From positions 1-60,584 of IMG/VR virus record IMGVR_UViG_3300045988_119623: a DNA stretch of 60,584 nt; one strand, written 5' to 3'. The DNA is from a virus. Positions within the stretch are counted from its first letter, which is position 1. Each line of letters begins with the position of its first letter. The position numbers were made by a program, and so were the translations under genes. The notes under the pieces were generated by a model. The model ran no database searches. It saw nothing but the letters and a program-made list of their open reading frames with translations, and was not told the DNA's origin. Shown here in pieces: positions 59,723 to 60,584 of this stretch.

Positions 59723-60534
59723 AGTATTTGCTGGATGCGATTGGAATGTCGCGTTCAACGTACTATTACGAGCTTAGCAAGACAGATAAAGTCAGCGAAC
59801 GAAATGCCGACTTATCATCCGAAATTATTGTTATCTTCAACGAGAACAAAAAGCGATATGGTGTAAGGCGCGTACATAAGGAGCTTCTGAATCGAGGTTT
59901 TCGTGTAAATCACAAGCGTGTCCAACGAATCATGAAACAGCTTACCTTGTTTGGAAAATGTCCCAAGGAAAAATACCACTCCTATAAAGGTGATGTTGGC
60001 AAAGTTGCTGATAATATCATCAATCGAGATTTCAATACCGAAAAACCTTTGCAAAAGTGGACAACCGATGTATCGCAGTTCAATCTGCCTTGGGGCAAAT
60101 GTTATATTTCTCCGATTTTGGATATGAACAGCAATGAAATAATCTCTTACAATCTTTCTCTACATCCAGATATGGCGCAAATAAAGGACATGCTGAAAAA
60201 GGCATTTGAACGTTTTCCTTCTGTAAAAGGTCTTGTTATGCACTCAGATCAAGGATGGCAATATCAGCACGCATTTTATAGGGATGAACTGCAAAAGCAT
60301 GGAATCATTCAATCAATGTCTAGAAAAGGTAACTGCTATGACAACTGCATTATGGAAACTTTCTTTGGCAGATTAAAAAACGAGATGTTCTACGGATTTG
60401 AAAAAGATTACCCTTCGTTTGAATCTTTTTCAAACGCTATAGCTGAGTACATCGATTATTATAACAACAAAAGAATTCAAGCTAAAACAAAATGGATGCC
60501 TCCCTCTAAATTCAGAGAAGCATCCATGATGTAA
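59653..60534 (+). CDS. IS3 transposase OrfB (DDE/rve integrase core), probably expressed as an OrfAB fusion by -1 frameshift
   Basis: Motifs 'KWTTDVSQF', 'HSDQGWQY' and 'GNCYDNCIMETFFGRLKNE'. The frame is -1 relative to orfA. Confidence 0.9.
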   Translation: MRSATQGEKAALVQKLREEGYKLKYLLDAIGMSRSTYYYELSKTDKVSERNADLSSEIIVIFNENKKRYGVRRVHKELLNRGFRVNHKRVQRIMKQLTLFGKCPKEKYHSYKGDVGKVADNIINRDFNTEKPLQKWTTDVSQFNLPWGKCYISPILDMNSNEIISYNLSLHPDMAQIKDMLKKAFERFPSVKGLVMHSDQGWQYQHAFYRDELQKHGIIQSMSRKGNCYDNCIMETFFGRLKNEMFYGFEKDYPSFESFSNAIAEYIDYYNNKRIQAKTKWMPPSKFREASMM

Positions 60535-60584
60535 ATATAATTATTCAAATTTTTAGCGGTGTCCAGAAAACTGGGTACATATCA

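Larger units (their letters stand above)
59113..60584 (+). mobile_element. IS3-family insertion sequence (~1472 bp)
   Basis: Ends in TG...CA. Imperfect terminal IRs: TGATATGTACCC...CTGGACACC on the left versus the reverse complement of the right end. Has orfA/orfB with a -1 frame offset and is flanked by a 3-bp direct repeat ACA (59110..59112 and 120..122). Confidence 0.9.

Noticed and set aside
1-60584. tRNA, rRNA, tmRNA, CRISPR arrays and known defence operons
   Set aside because: I found no cloverleaf-capable segments, rRNA-like stretches, repeat-spacer arrays or large multi-gene defence cassettes by eye. A tRNAscan or Infernal run could still find a small RNA that I missed.

Overview
The window is one complete, self-closing mobile genome. 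Bases 1..119 are identical to 60466..60584, giving a unit of about 60,465 bp. It reads as a temperate phage with a contractile-tail gene set, and signals point to a low-GC Gram-positive, probably anaerobic host: AGGAGG Shine-Dalgarno (SD) sites, frequent TTG/GTG starts, RecU, a DnaD-type replication organiser and a radical SAM gene. It carries one IS3-family insertion.

Gene order:
- 120..1432: promoter cassette, a micro-ORF, a truncated PIG-L deacetylase and an unknown ORF.
- 1447..8112: packaging and head (terminase large subunit TerL, portal, Mu-F-like protein, scaffold, decoration-like protein, major capsid).
- 8172..20001: neck, sheath, tube, frameshifted chaperone, tape measure and baseplate.
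- 20001..27796: tail-fibre region.
- 27814..29021: lysis.
- 29151..31990: accessory genes.
- 32000..32350: sRNA-like unit and candidate attP.
- 32350..35965 (minus strand): integrase, three cargo genes and a CI-like repressor.
- 36156..52541: Cro-like regulator, replication and recombination genes, and roughly 40 very small ORFs.
- 52549..59006: accessory operons driven by a repeated palindromic promoter cassette.
- 59113..60584: the IS3-family element.

The most unusual observation is a radical SAM/SPASM enzyme gene (21079..22143) wedged between two same-frame pieces of a glycine-rich tail protein domain. The upstream piece is a 62-aa ORF. This suggests phage-encoded radical-SAM modification of a virion protein or peptide.

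Other notable items:
- a phage-encoded ribosomal protein bS6 homologue;
- a GC-rich structured RNA candidate;
- a four-copy operator/promoter regulon over an anti-defence-like island;
- two long same-strand overlapping ORFs;
- an IS inserted exactly in a terminator loop.

I saw no rRNA, tRNA, CRISPR array or reverse transcriptase. Family names are recalled from memory and were not searched.
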